Source of the DNA: a virus
Lineage: Duplodnaviria > Caudoviricetes
DNA: 60,501 bases
Strand: one strand, 5' to 3'
IMG/VR virus record: IMGVR_UViG_3300027996_000034
Coordinates: 1 to 60,501 of that record
Shown here in pieces: positions 19,077 through 27,494 of the stretch (positions within the stretch are counted from its first letter, which is position 1; each line of letters begins with the position of its first letter). A program made the translations under genes and the position numbers. Below the pieces are notes generated by a model. That model was not told where the DNA came from, searched no databases, and worked only from the letters and a program-made list of their open reading frames with translations.

Positions 19077-20270
19077 TTAATCTAATTTTAATCCTTTGAA
19101 GAATGAAGATTCCTGAGTTTGATCAAGGTTCTTTTCATCATTCAACATAGGTTTTGTTATATTCTGTTTATTTATTTCTGATAAATTACGAATTGTAGAG
19201 TGATTTGCCGATTCAATTGATTCGAGCATTACATTCATAATAGAAGGTGGTAATGCACTGTTATGCAAATACATTAAATTTCTATTAGTTTCATATTTAT
19301 CAATTAATTGATCTAAATTACGATCATGTATTTTTAAGTTGACTTTAGCTATTTGACAAATATTACTTATTGCCTCTCGGCTAAAAAATGTCGATTCATT
19401 TATTGTACCATAATCTTCTTCATAATCATTAAGAATTTTAGTTGCTTTATTGTCTGTTATATTAAAAACTCTAACTTTACCATCCTTAGAGGTCTTTTTG
19501 AATTGATAAAGTGGTGATACATTATCTCCAGCATCTCCAGTAAGTATTTTCTTAAATACAAATTCTGATGTGTTCATTTCTTTTATTGTGACTCCTCGTA
19601 AGACACTCTGTAATGCATTTTTGGTATTACTAGTAAGATCCAATGGTTGATCAAATATATCTACACTTTTGATATCGGAAGTTGATATCCAATTCTCAAA
19701 GTTTTCGAATGTATACATTGTTTTAGCAAATTTATTATAGTACAATGTGTTTGTACCATTTGCTTCACTATTACATACTAATTGTATTAAGTCATTATCA
19801 CCTGAAAATATAAGTCCATTTTTAGAATTCATATTTAGATAAGATGACCATGCAAATATTAGATCATCCGCTTCAGCTCCATCAACTCTAGATATTGTAA
19901 CACCTAAAGTCTTTAATGATTCCGCGAATTTGTCATGTAAATCATAAACTGCTTTCCAATTTATTTTATTATCTTTTGTTCGAGTTCCTTTATATTCACC
20001 AGATTTTGCAGTATCTAATGCATTAGTTGTTGGATAAAAATCTTTTCGCCAAGAATGTGAATCTATGCAATAAACAACACCATCAAGAATAGGAGCAAAT
20101 CGCCTAACTTCATATGCAAAATCAGTTGCTAATTTAGATGCTAATAAATCTGAATCCTTTTCAGGATCATCTATAAAATTTAAGGTACCATCTCGTTTAA
20201 TTTTTCCAGATATGAAAAAAGTCTTATGAAGGAAAAAGTTTCCATCGACTATTAATGTATATTTGTTCAT
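19077..20270 (-). CDS. rnh: 5'-3' exonuclease / T4-type RNase H (FEN family)
   Basis: LIVDGN, SWRKDFYP..YKGTR, EADDLI, SGDNDLIQL, KILTGDAGDNV. Confidence 0.9.
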   Translation of the reverse strand: MNKYTLIVDGNFFLHKTFFISGKIKRDGTLNFIDDPEKDSDLLASKLATDFAYEVRRFAPILDGVVYCIDSHSWRKDFYPTTNALDTAKSGEYKGTRTKDNKINWKAVYDLHDKFAESLKTLGVTISRVDGAEADDLIFAWSSYLNMNSKNGLIFSGDNDLIQLVCNSEANGTNTLYYNKFAKTMYTFENFENWISTSDIKSVDIFDQPLDLTSNTKNALQSVLRGVTIKEMNTSEFVFKKILTGDAGDNVSPLYQFKKTSKDGKVRVFNITDNKATKILNDYEEDYGTINESTFFSREAISNICQIAKVNLKIHDRNLDQLIDKYETNRNLMYLHNSALPPSIMNVMLESIESANHSTIRNLSEINKQNITKPMLNDEKNLDQTQESSFFKGLKLD

Positions 20271-20285
20271 AATGTATGTTTAAAT

Positions 20286-20315
20286 ATTATATGATGATTT
20301 ATGTATTTAGATTCA
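20286..20315 (-). promoter_or_regulatory. Putative middle promoter TGAATC-N16-CATATAAT
   Basis: Upstream of RNase H gene. Confidence 0.7.
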
Positions 20316-21263
20316 TTTTATTATCTTTTGTATTTTGAACACAAGTGATAACATGGTAACTACTGGATCAATAACAAATCTAGATTCATATGAATGTTTG
20401 TTGACTTCATAACAAATTTCACCTAAGTTTTTAATTGAATCAGGTCGTTCCGTTTGAATATATTCTACAAAATCGCTTCCTAATGCTTTAATAACATCAT
20501 CTACTCGATGTCCATAGTTTGATACTAAAAATTTATAGTTCACTGCTGGGGTTGCGGTTTCGGAATAAATATGATCGAATAAATCTTTGAATACTCCATG
20601 GAATGTTGTTACATCCGTTTCTGTTATTGTAGTAAGGCCTTGAGCATAATATCCTTGAAGTATATTAATTGTATTTCGTAAATCAGGAAATTTTCTTTTG
20701 ACTAATTCAAGTAGTGCAGGTTTTTCAATTTCCATACCTTCAATTTTACATATTTCATATATTCTACGAAGATACATTTTAAGAATTTCAGTTTCTTCTG
20801 CATCAGTAAAGTCAAAATTAATACATTCAAATCTTGATTGAATATTATCAGGAATCTTATTGAAATAATTACAAGTTGCTATGAATCTTGCGCTCATATG
20901 GAATTGTTCAATAGTTCCACGTAAGGCCTTCATGTATTGGTCTGAGACTCCATCAAACTCATCTAATATAACTACTTTAAGTTTTCGTTCGCCATCCAGT
21001 AAGGACAACGTAGAACAAAACTCGGATATCTTACCTTTAACTGTATCGACTCCAGTTTCAACGGAACAATTAATATACATATATGGATGATCTTTTGCAA
21101 GTATTTTTGCAGAGGAAGTTTTGCCGCTCCCAGGACCACCATAAAAAAGTAAGTTTTGATAGACACCTTTGTCTAATTTTTTTGATATTCTCTCAGGTAC
21201 AATAAGATCTTTTAATTCGTGTGGACGATATTTCTCAGTCCACAAAAGTTTTTCTGCGTGCAT
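20313..21263 (-). CDS. gp44: Clamp loader large subunit (RFC-like AAA+)
   Basis: LWTEKYRP, GGPGSGKTS, VILDEFD, FIATCNY, IQSRF. Confidence 0.95.
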   Translation of the reverse strand: MHAEKLLWTEKYRPHELKDLIVPERISKKLDKGVYQNLLFYGGPGSGKTSSAKILAKDHPYMYINCSVETGVDTVKGKISEFCSTLSLLDGERKLKVVILDEFDGVSDQYMKALRGTIEQFHMSARFIATCNYFNKIPDNIQSRFECINFDFTDAEETEILKMYLRRIYEICKIEGMEIEKPALLELVKRKFPDLRNTINILQGYYAQGLTTITETDVTTFHGVFKDLFDHIYSETATPAVNYKFLVSNYGHRVDDVIKALGSDFVEYIQTERPDSIKNLGEICYEVNKHSYESRFVIDPVVTMLSLVFKIQKIIK

Positions 21264-21280
21264 ATATATTTTGTTTAGTT

Positions 21281-21310
21281 ATTATATGCTATGTTTTGTC
21301 TTTGGTTTCA
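21281..21310 (-). promoter_or_regulatory. Putative middle promoter TGAAAC-N16-CATATAAT
   Basis: Upstream of clamp loader gene. Confidence 0.7.
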
Positions 21311-21492
21311 CTAGAGTTATCTCGTGCTCTTCCATATACATTAAGCAATAACACAAAAAGCATTGCGGTTGCAGTTGGCTTTAAATAATTGATTGGCATT
21401 GCATACATGGCTAAGTGGCATAAATACCATAATACACCAAGGATTGAAAGTAATGTTGCTATCGCGAGGGTTCTACTTATTAGTTTTTTCAT
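21289..21492 (-). CDS. Small two-TM membrane protein
   Basis: 67 aa, two hydrophobic segments. Confidence 0.6.
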   Translation of the reverse strand: MKKLISRTLAIATLLSILGVLWYLCHLAMYAMPINYLKPTATAMLFVLLLNVYGRARDNSSETKDKT

Positions 21493-21710
21493 CTTCTTTG
21501 TTTTGGTTTAATTACATTTTCGGATAGTGCTCTATTAAACTTGTCTTCACTCATCACGAATTCATCCCTTGATAATTTCCAATTAGGATTTATGATTGAC
21601 ATCACTCCTTCATTGGGGAACTTATGAATCTTAACAGTATATTTGTTACCTGTCTTATGTGTTAGTTCTAGTACACAACCTGTTTCTACTTCTTCAAATA
21701 CTTTACTCAT
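21489..21710 (-). CDS. Small hypothetical protein
   Basis: 73 aa, ATGA overlap with the next gene. Confidence 0.65.
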   Translation of the reverse strand: MSKVFEEVETGCVLELTHKTGNKYTVKIHKFPNEGVMSIINPNWKLSRDEFVMSEDKFNRALSENVIKPKQRR

Positions 21711-21730
21711 CTTCTTTGTTTTGGTTTAAT
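21489..21730 (-). repeat. 24-nt exact direct repeat at gene junctions (21489-21512 and 21707-21730)
   Basis: Minus strand ATTAAACCAAAACAAAGAAGATGA twice; variant at 22001-22020. Confidence 0.85.
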
Positions 21731-22007
21731 AAGCTAATTCTAAAGTAAACTTTAGAAAGTAAAAGCTAAAGCATCTGTATTCTACATGTAGGTTAAATGT
21801 TGGTATAAAATACCAATCATCTTTTGACCACCATACTATATTAATTTCTTTAGCTTTTTTCATCTTTTTTGGTTTTGTGTAGTTTTTCATCTTCTTTGGT
21901 TTTGTGTAGTTTTTGCATTTACTACATTTATATAATCGTTTTGTATCAATAGCTGCAACTAAAATTAATTCTTCATTGCAACAAGGACTTATTAATTCAC
22001 TCATCAT
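21726..22007 (-). CDS. Small hypothetical protein with Cys cluster and tandem KNYTKPKKM duplication
   Basis: 93 aa; CC..CxxC; 27-nt tandem duplication. Confidence 0.55.
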   Translation of the reverse strand: MMSELISPCCNEELILVAAIDTKRLYKCSKCKNYTKPKKMKNYTKPKKMKKAKEINIVWWSKDDWYFIPTFNLHVEYRCFSFYFLKFTLELAY

Positions 22008-22018
22008 CTTTGTTTTGG

Positions 22019-22336
22019 TTATTTAGTATTTAAGTTTGTATTTGATGATTTAACTAGCCAATCTAATTCTCTACCAGAAATATTTACTCTAACTTCTTGA
22101 TGTAACTCGGCTTCAGTTGATGAAATTATTCCGAACTCCATTTGGTCATGGTAGGTTCCATCATCTTGTATACCATCAAAAATAATTATTTTAGATACGT
22201 TTGGTTCGATAGCATTAATGCCAGAATGAATTGTTTCAATATCATCTTGATGTTTTCCGAAAAACTCGAATAAAACGTTGTTAGATGATTTGTAAAAGAT
22301 TCGCATAGATAGTTTTGATCGTGGTGTTTTTTTCAT
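22019..22336 (-). CDS. Hypothetical protein
   Basis: 105 aa ORF. Confidence 0.65.
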   Translation of the reverse strand: MKKTPRSKLSMRIFYKSSNNVLFEFFGKHQDDIETIHSGINAIEPNVSKIIIFDGIQDDGTYHDQMEFGIISSTEAELHQEVRVNISGRELDWLVKSSNTNLNTK

Positions 22337-22348
22337 GATTGTTTGTTT

Positions 22349-22675
22349 TTATTTGTTTCGGTTATTTGTATAGTTTTTCCAAGATCTCATTGAGATACCG
22401 CTTGAATGGTATCGTTTTTGAAAATACATCTTGAACTCGATCTCGAGTGTGAATGGAAAAAGTTTATTTCGTAATTTTCTAAAGTGTCTTTTTGGAATTC
22501 CACTAAAGATAAGCGTTATTCCAAGTATTGTTGAAAGTAAACAAAACGCAATTTCATTTGGAATTCCATTAAATTGAATGTATTTTTGAATGGTTCCTCG
22601 CATTGTTAGAAATGCGATAGTTAAGGAAGATATTCCGGTTAAAAGAAAGAGGATGTTTTTTTGGTACGATTTCAT
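22349..22675 (-). CDS. Hypothetical two-TM membrane protein (start re-assigned to ATG 22675)
   Basis: The track's start at 22729 lies inside the repeated promoter element; MKSYQK start lies downstream of it. Confidence 0.6.
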   Translation of the reverse strand: MKSYQKNILFLLTGISSLTIAFLTMRGTIQKYIQFNGIPNEIAFCLLSTILGITLIFSGIPKRHFRKLRNKLFPFTLEIEFKMYFQKRYHSSGISMRSWKNYTNNRNK

Positions 22676-22703
22676 AAAGGTATATTTTATTAATTTGTTA
22701 TAA

Positions 22704-22763
22704 TTAAATATAATACTTTTATGTGGCAAATAAAAACTTTTGATGTTAACTTAATGTTAACTT
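22704..22763 (-). promoter_or_regulatory. Putative early promoter with GTTAAC-N5-GTTAAC element (copy 2)
   Basis: 53/60 nt identical to 1974..2033; heads a cluster of small ORFs. Confidence 0.7.
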
Positions 22764-22879
22764 TTATCTTTTTTAATTAATTTTCCATTTTGCATCTTAA
22801 ATTTGCTTGGATCTATTAAAGGATTGTGAAGATTCGATTTTTTCTTCTTGGGTTTGTGTTTTTTGTTAACTAAAGCCAC
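22757..22879 (-). CDS. Small very basic protein (40 aa, GTG start)
   Basis: Hand-translated MALVNKKHKPKKKKSNLHNPLIDPSKFKMQNGKLIKKDKS, directly downstream of the promoter motif at 22904-22933. Confidence 0.45.
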   Translation of the reverse strand: MALVNKKHKPKKKKSNLHNPLIDPSKFKMQNGKLIKKDKS

Positions 22880-22903
22880 TTTACTACGATTATTAATTTA
22901 TTG

Positions 22904-22933
22904 ATTATATGATGAAAATATTATTTGGATTCA
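22904..22933 (-). promoter_or_regulatory. Putative middle promoter TGAATC-N16-CATATAAT
   Basis: Matches the motif class. Confidence 0.6.
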
Positions 22934-24381
22934 AATTTAATTCCACCATGTTTGTTTCCAATCGTATCATCTACTAAGAAATGTCCGTCAAAGTTTGTTA
23001 GTTTAAACGCCTTTGATGGACTAACTATAATTCCTAAACGATCCATGAACTTTCTATTAGCTAAAGCTGGAGTTGATTTAGCGGTTCTATCTATAATTGA
23101 TATATCTACTTTAGGAACTAATTTTCCTGCAAATATTACATCTCGGTGTATAATAGGACGTTCATGTGTGTTACCATCCGTTCCAATCGCATTAGAAGTT
23201 CCAATTATTTTATCTTTAAATTGCTTACCATTTACTTCCCATTCTAAGTATTTTCCATTAACTTCGAATTTATCTCCATGTATAGTCATTGAAGATGCAC
23301 CATTTCCAGTGTCCATTTTAATAACATAATCTCCAATACCTGGAATATTTATGCATTCTCTGAATCCACAATACATTGTTGGGTATGTCCAATTTTCTTT
23401 ATTTAGAATATAGTCTAAAACTATACTAACCACCGGTTTCCCAGTAGCTTCAGTAATACCTTTAGTTCCTGGTGATGCATTGACTTCTAATATATACGGT
23501 TTTTTGGTTTTTTTGTCGATGATCAAATCAACTGCACACCATGTACAATCCAACACTTTTGCAGCATCTTTAGATATTTGAATCATCTCATCTGTTAAAT
23601 TTACTTTTTGTATTCCTCCACCGATAGAATAATTAGTCCTAAAATCCTTTTTAGCAGAGGTTCTTTTCATTGCTGCAATAACTTCAGATTCTTCATCATT
23701 AGGATTATAAAACTTTTTAGAAAGAACATGAATCCTTAAATCACCATCAGCTGGTATCATTTCTTGTAGTAATATCTCACTTTTTCCACTAGACTTCCAA
23801 AGTGTTTGTAACACAGATTTTAACGATGCATATGAATCTACTTGCGAAACTCCAATACCTTGAGAGCCAGAAAGAAGCTTTATAATAACCGGAAATTGGC
23901 CTCCAATATTTTTTAATGCTTTATCAATACCTTCAACATCCGTAAGAATAGAATTTTTTGGGGTAGGTAATCCAGCAGCCTCTAATATTCTATTGGTTGT
24001 ATTTTTATTTTCACAGTTCATTGTAGAATCTAACGTATTTACACAAAAGAAATTAAATGATTCTAGATCTTCTAATAATTGTTGAGTATACGTACTAGAC
24101 ACAATGCCTCGTCTTGACATTATAACAGTATTTGATCGATTGATAGCAATGGGTTTTGTATCAGCATCTCCTATTTTAATATCATTTCTTTTATTAACAA
24201 ATTCTTTTATAAATGCGGTATTAACATCTAATGCATAACATGGAACATTTCGTTTTTCACAATCTGCTTTTATTGAATCAACTGTAGATGATTTTGAATC
24301 AAGATTTGATAATATAATTACTTGAACTTTATTAAAAGATAAAGCTTCAGTTATTAGTTCGTAGTTTCCAAAATGTTTCAT
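22921..24381 (-). CDS. RimK-family ATP-grasp ligase fused to a C-terminal retropepsin-like (RimB-type) protease domain
   Basis: FPVIIKLLSGSQGIGV, LLQEMI, DFRTNYSIGG, AVDLI, ILEVNASPG; C-terminal KMDTG..ERPII..IDRT..LANRKFM. Confidence 0.88.
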   Translation of the reverse strand: MKHFGNYELITEALSFNKVQVIILSNLDSKSSTVDSIKADCEKRNVPCYALDVNTAFIKEFVNKRNDIKIGDADTKPIAINRSNTVIMSRRGIVSSTYTQQLLEDLESFNFFCVNTLDSTMNCENKNTTNRILEAAGLPTPKNSILTDVEGIDKALKNIGGQFPVIIKLLSGSQGIGVSQVDSYASLKSVLQTLWKSSGKSEILLQEMIPADGDLRIHVLSKKFYNPNDEESEVIAAMKRTSAKKDFRTNYSIGGGIQKVNLTDEMIQISKDAAKVLDCTWCAVDLIIDKKTKKPYILEVNASPGTKGITEATGKPVVSIVLDYILNKENWTYPTMYCGFRECINIPGIGDYVIKMDTGNGASSMTIHGDKFEVNGKYLEWEVNGKQFKDKIIGTSNAIGTDGNTHERPIIHRDVIFAGKLVPKVDISIIDRTAKSTPALANRKFMDRLGIIVSPSKAFKLTNFDGHFLVDDTIGNKHGGIKFESK

Positions 24382-24854
24382 TTATTCTTTATATATTTAA
24401 GAAATGTTTTTCTATCTCTATTTATCAAACGTTTGCAATGGTCTGTGAATGCAACTGAATTATTAAGTACTAATTCGCTGACCTTTTTTCCATCATCAGT
24501 ATAAGCATCATAACAAGAATCACAACAAAAATTTGATATTTTAAAATCTTCCATACGTGATTTAATATCGGTTTTGCAATAAGAACATAACCATGGTATT
24601 ATTCTAATCTCATCTAAAAGTTTACGTTTATCTTTTATTTCACCATCAGTTGGATCAATGAAAAATTTGCTTTTATTTTTTTCATAGTTTTCTTTATCTA
24701 TTAACATAAATAAAGCTTTAACGAAAGTATCATCTTCATAATGCTTCTTTATAAGCGGATATCTTACTAATACTTCTACATGCTGTGGCTTCAATCCTTT
24801 TATTTTAATTCCACATCTAGTTAGACTACTAGGTTTGCCTCTATGAATTTCCAT
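24378..24854 (-). CDS. Hypothetical zinc-finger protein
   Basis: CSYC..FCCDSC. Confidence 0.65.
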   Translation of the reverse strand: MEIHRGKPSSLTRCGIKIKGLKPQHVEVLVRYPLIKKHYEDDTFVKALFMLIDKENYEKNKSKFFIDPTDGEIKDKRKLLDEIRIIPWLCSYCKTDIKSRMEDFKISNFCCDSCYDAYTDDGKKVSELVLNNSVAFTDHCKRLINRDRKTFLKYIKNK

Positions 24855-27402
24855 TTACTGCATTTATCCATTTATCCCTAAATGACATTGACTCTTCTAC
24901 CTTTTTATCCTTTTTATCCTTAATTTCTTTAAAGAAGTTTTTAGTTACATTAATAGTAGGATACATAGGATCTTTAGGTTTATCTAAAGTTATTTGATAA
25001 ACTTCTTCTTCGCCTTCTCGTCTAGGCATATCTCCTTCTGGCTCTCTTTCATTTTCTAAAAATGAATGCGTGATTTTTCCAGTAGCATTATTTAAGTGGC
25101 CAAGATCTTTATCCGACATGTTGCGTAATGATACTTTTTTATTCATAAGTGGATTATCTTTATTCTCATCCTCGCTTTTGTCCATTAACTCTTTAGCAAT
25201 GGTATCCTCATCTTTTGGAATATCAGCATCGTCATCAGATGGACATTCATCTTTACCATCGGCTTCTTCATCACCTTTGGCCTTTTCTTTATCCTCTTCA
25301 GAAACAAGTTCTTTTCGTTTATTAGATTCAACTAATACTGATCGATATTCAATTGATACTGATTCTCCGATTGTAGCAAGTTTTTCTTTTGCATCCTCTA
25401 ATTTTTTCTTTTCAGTCTCTAATTTATTCTTAGCTTCTTCCTTTTTAGGACCTTCTTCCGCGTTTTCAAAATCAGTTGTTGCCTTTTCAACCGATTTTTG
25501 CTGTAACTCAATCAATGCCTGTTGAGCCTCTTTTTTAGCTTCAAGGTCCTTTTTTGCAGCTTCAGTATCTTCAACGTTTTGAGCGGCTAATTTATCGGTA
25601 ACTCCAGTTTTCGCTTTTTCTTTTTCGGCATCCGTTGCATCTACTGCAGCTATTGCTGCAGCATGATTTTTATCTGCAGTTTTTCCAGCACCTTCAATTT
25701 TAGGAGTAATTGCCTTAGCTTTCTTTTCTTTTGCTGCAGCATTTTTAGCCAATCCTTTATCAACTTGTTGTTTATCGATCGCGGCTTTAGTCATTAATGC
25801 ATCTCGCTCTGCTTCTAATTCTTCTTTTTTATTAGCGCCTTTTATTTTTGCAGCATAACCGGCTTTTAATCCCATCGCCTTTCCTCCTAAAGAGGTGGCC
25901 TTACCATCTTTATCTATACCGCTAACTCGTTGAGCATCCTGTTCAGCAGCCTCTTGTTCTTTATCTAACTGTTCAATCTCTTTATCTAGATCAGCCTTTA
26001 TCTGTTTTCTTTTCTCTGAAGCTTTAGGATCCGGTACTGTTTTTGCTTCCTCTTCTTTAATATCCGTTCGAAGTGCTTCGATTTGATCATCAAATTCCTT
26101 AGCCTTAGCTTCAATAGCTTCAGGCGTAGTCAATTCAGCTCGCTCCTTTTTAAGTTCACGTGCCTCATCCTCCTTCTTTTCAATATCCTTTTTTATCTTT
26201 TCAACATCCTCTTTAGCTTTTTGAAGTTTTTTAGTTCCTTCATCATTCAATTGAGCCTTTTTATCAGTAAGTTTTTTCTTTTCTTTAGTCCAAGCTTCTT
26301 TCTTTTTTGGGTCTGTTTCTTTAGCATTTTTGTCAACACCTGCTTGGATTTGTTTATCTATAGCTTCAAGTTCTTTTTTTAATGCTTCTTCCTCTTCCTC
26401 TTGCTTAGTTTTTACTTTATCTTGTGCAACTTGCAAGTCACCTTCTTCTCCACCTTCTTCTCCACCTTCTTCTCCACCTTCTTCTCCAGCTGGTGGATCT
26501 GGTTCTGCTGGTGGATCGCCTCCTTCAGGTGTATCCGTTTCTCCATCTGCTGGTGGATCTGGTTCTCCACCTTCTCCGGCCTCTTTTACAGACTCTTCTG
26601 GTGGATCTGGTTCTGCTGGTGGATCGCCTCCTTCAGGTGTATCCGTTTCTCCATCTGCTGGTGGATCGCCTCCTTTAGGTGTATCCGTTTCTTCTTCTGG
26701 TGTTTCTTCAGGCTCTTTTGGTAATGGATGATTTTTTGGATCTAAATCATGTAATGTCTTTTTTAAATCGTATATTTCTTTATCCATATCTGCCATTGCA
26801 TTAGGACCAGTGGCCTTTTTCTTATCATCTTCAAGCTTTGCTATTTCAGCTTCCTTATCCTTTTTGAATTCCTCATATTCCTCTTTAGTGATTGTAGGAT
26901 TGAGATCGTTTTCTTCTTTATATGATTGAACATCCGCTTCAGTCTTGGCCAATTTAATATCTTTTACCGCCTCCCACGCTTTTCGAATTTTTTTCTTCTT
27001 AAATAAAAATGCAATATATGCACCAATTCCGACAGCTGCAATCCCTACACCAGCTGCAGTTGATTTAATTGCGGTAGATCCCATTTGACCAATATCATCA
27101 TCCCATCCTTCAGTAATAGATTCAAAGACTTCAAATCTTTCATGTATAATTAAATCAATATCAAGAGTTTCAAACCGATTTTCTTCAATTAAATCAGATT
27201 CAATTAATAAATGTTTAATAGTATCTAAAGATTCAAATAATCCTCCAGATCCATCACCAACCGATTGAAGTAATAAAAATTTAATGATATTTGCAAATTC
27301 ATCTTCATCTAATTGTTTCAAATCTTCTTTAGTAGCAAGCCGTCTAAGACCTATTACCGCCTCGTTTATCTTAGTAAAATCTTCTAGCGAAATTATGTTC
27401 AT
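24841..27402 (-). CDS. Large acidic coiled-coil protein with one TM segment and P/G/E repeats; putative internal head/ejection protein
   Basis: 853 aa; N-terminal ISLEDFTKINEA leader; late motif at 27425; adjacent to the MCP gene. Confidence 0.6.
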   Translation of the reverse strand: MNIISLEDFTKINEAVIGLRRLATKEDLKQLDEDEFANIIKFLLLQSVGDGSGGLFESLDTIKHLLIESDLIEENRFETLDIDLIIHERFEVFESITEGWDDDIGQMGSTAIKSTAAGVGIAAVGIGAYIAFLFKKKKIRKAWEAVKDIKLAKTEADVQSYKEENDLNPTITKEEYEEFKKDKEAEIAKLEDDKKKATGPNAMADMDKEIYDLKKTLHDLDPKNHPLPKEPEETPEEETDTPKGGDPPADGETDTPEGGDPPAEPDPPEESVKEAGEGGEPDPPADGETDTPEGGDPPAEPDPPAGEEGGEEGGEEGGEEGDLQVAQDKVKTKQEEEEEALKKELEAIDKQIQAGVDKNAKETDPKKKEAWTKEKKKLTDKKAQLNDEGTKKLQKAKEDVEKIKKDIEKKEDEARELKKERAELTTPEAIEAKAKEFDDQIEALRTDIKEEEAKTVPDPKASEKRKQIKADLDKEIEQLDKEQEAAEQDAQRVSGIDKDGKATSLGGKAMGLKAGYAAKIKGANKKEELEAERDALMTKAAIDKQQVDKGLAKNAAAKEKKAKAITPKIEGAGKTADKNHAAAIAAVDATDAEKEKAKTGVTDKLAAQNVEDTEAAKKDLEAKKEAQQALIELQQKSVEKATTDFENAEEGPKKEEAKNKLETEKKKLEDAKEKLATIGESVSIEYRSVLVESNKRKELVSEEDKEKAKGDEEADGKDECPSDDDADIPKDEDTIAKELMDKSEDENKDNPLMNKKVSLRNMSDKDLGHLNNATGKITHSFLENEREPEGDMPRREGEEEVYQITLDKPKDPMYPTINVTKNFFKEIKDKKDKKVEESMSFRDKWINAVNGNS
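26441..26667. repeat. Coding repeats: 12-nt x4 (GGEE) and 70-nt direct repeat (26490-26559 / 26598-26667)
   Basis: Read directly from the sequence; encodes DPPADGETDTPEGGDPPAEPDPP twice. Confidence 0.9.
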
Positions 27403-27445
27403 GTGGTATAATTTTATTTATATTCTATATATCCTTACCATAAAG

Positions 27446-27473
27446 CAAAAGGCTCTCCGAAGAGAGCCTTTTG
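27446..27473 (-). terminator. Intrinsic terminator after the major capsid gene
   Basis: CAAAAGGCTCTC-TTCG-GAGAGCCTTTTG, 12-bp stem with UUCG loop. Confidence 0.85.
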
Positions 27474-27494
27474 AATATGTATGATTAATTAGTA

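Noticed and set aside
25070-26731. Several plus-strand ORFs (Ser/Phe/Pro-rich)
   Set aside because: Shadows of the Lys/Glu-rich and repeat regions of the 853 aa gene
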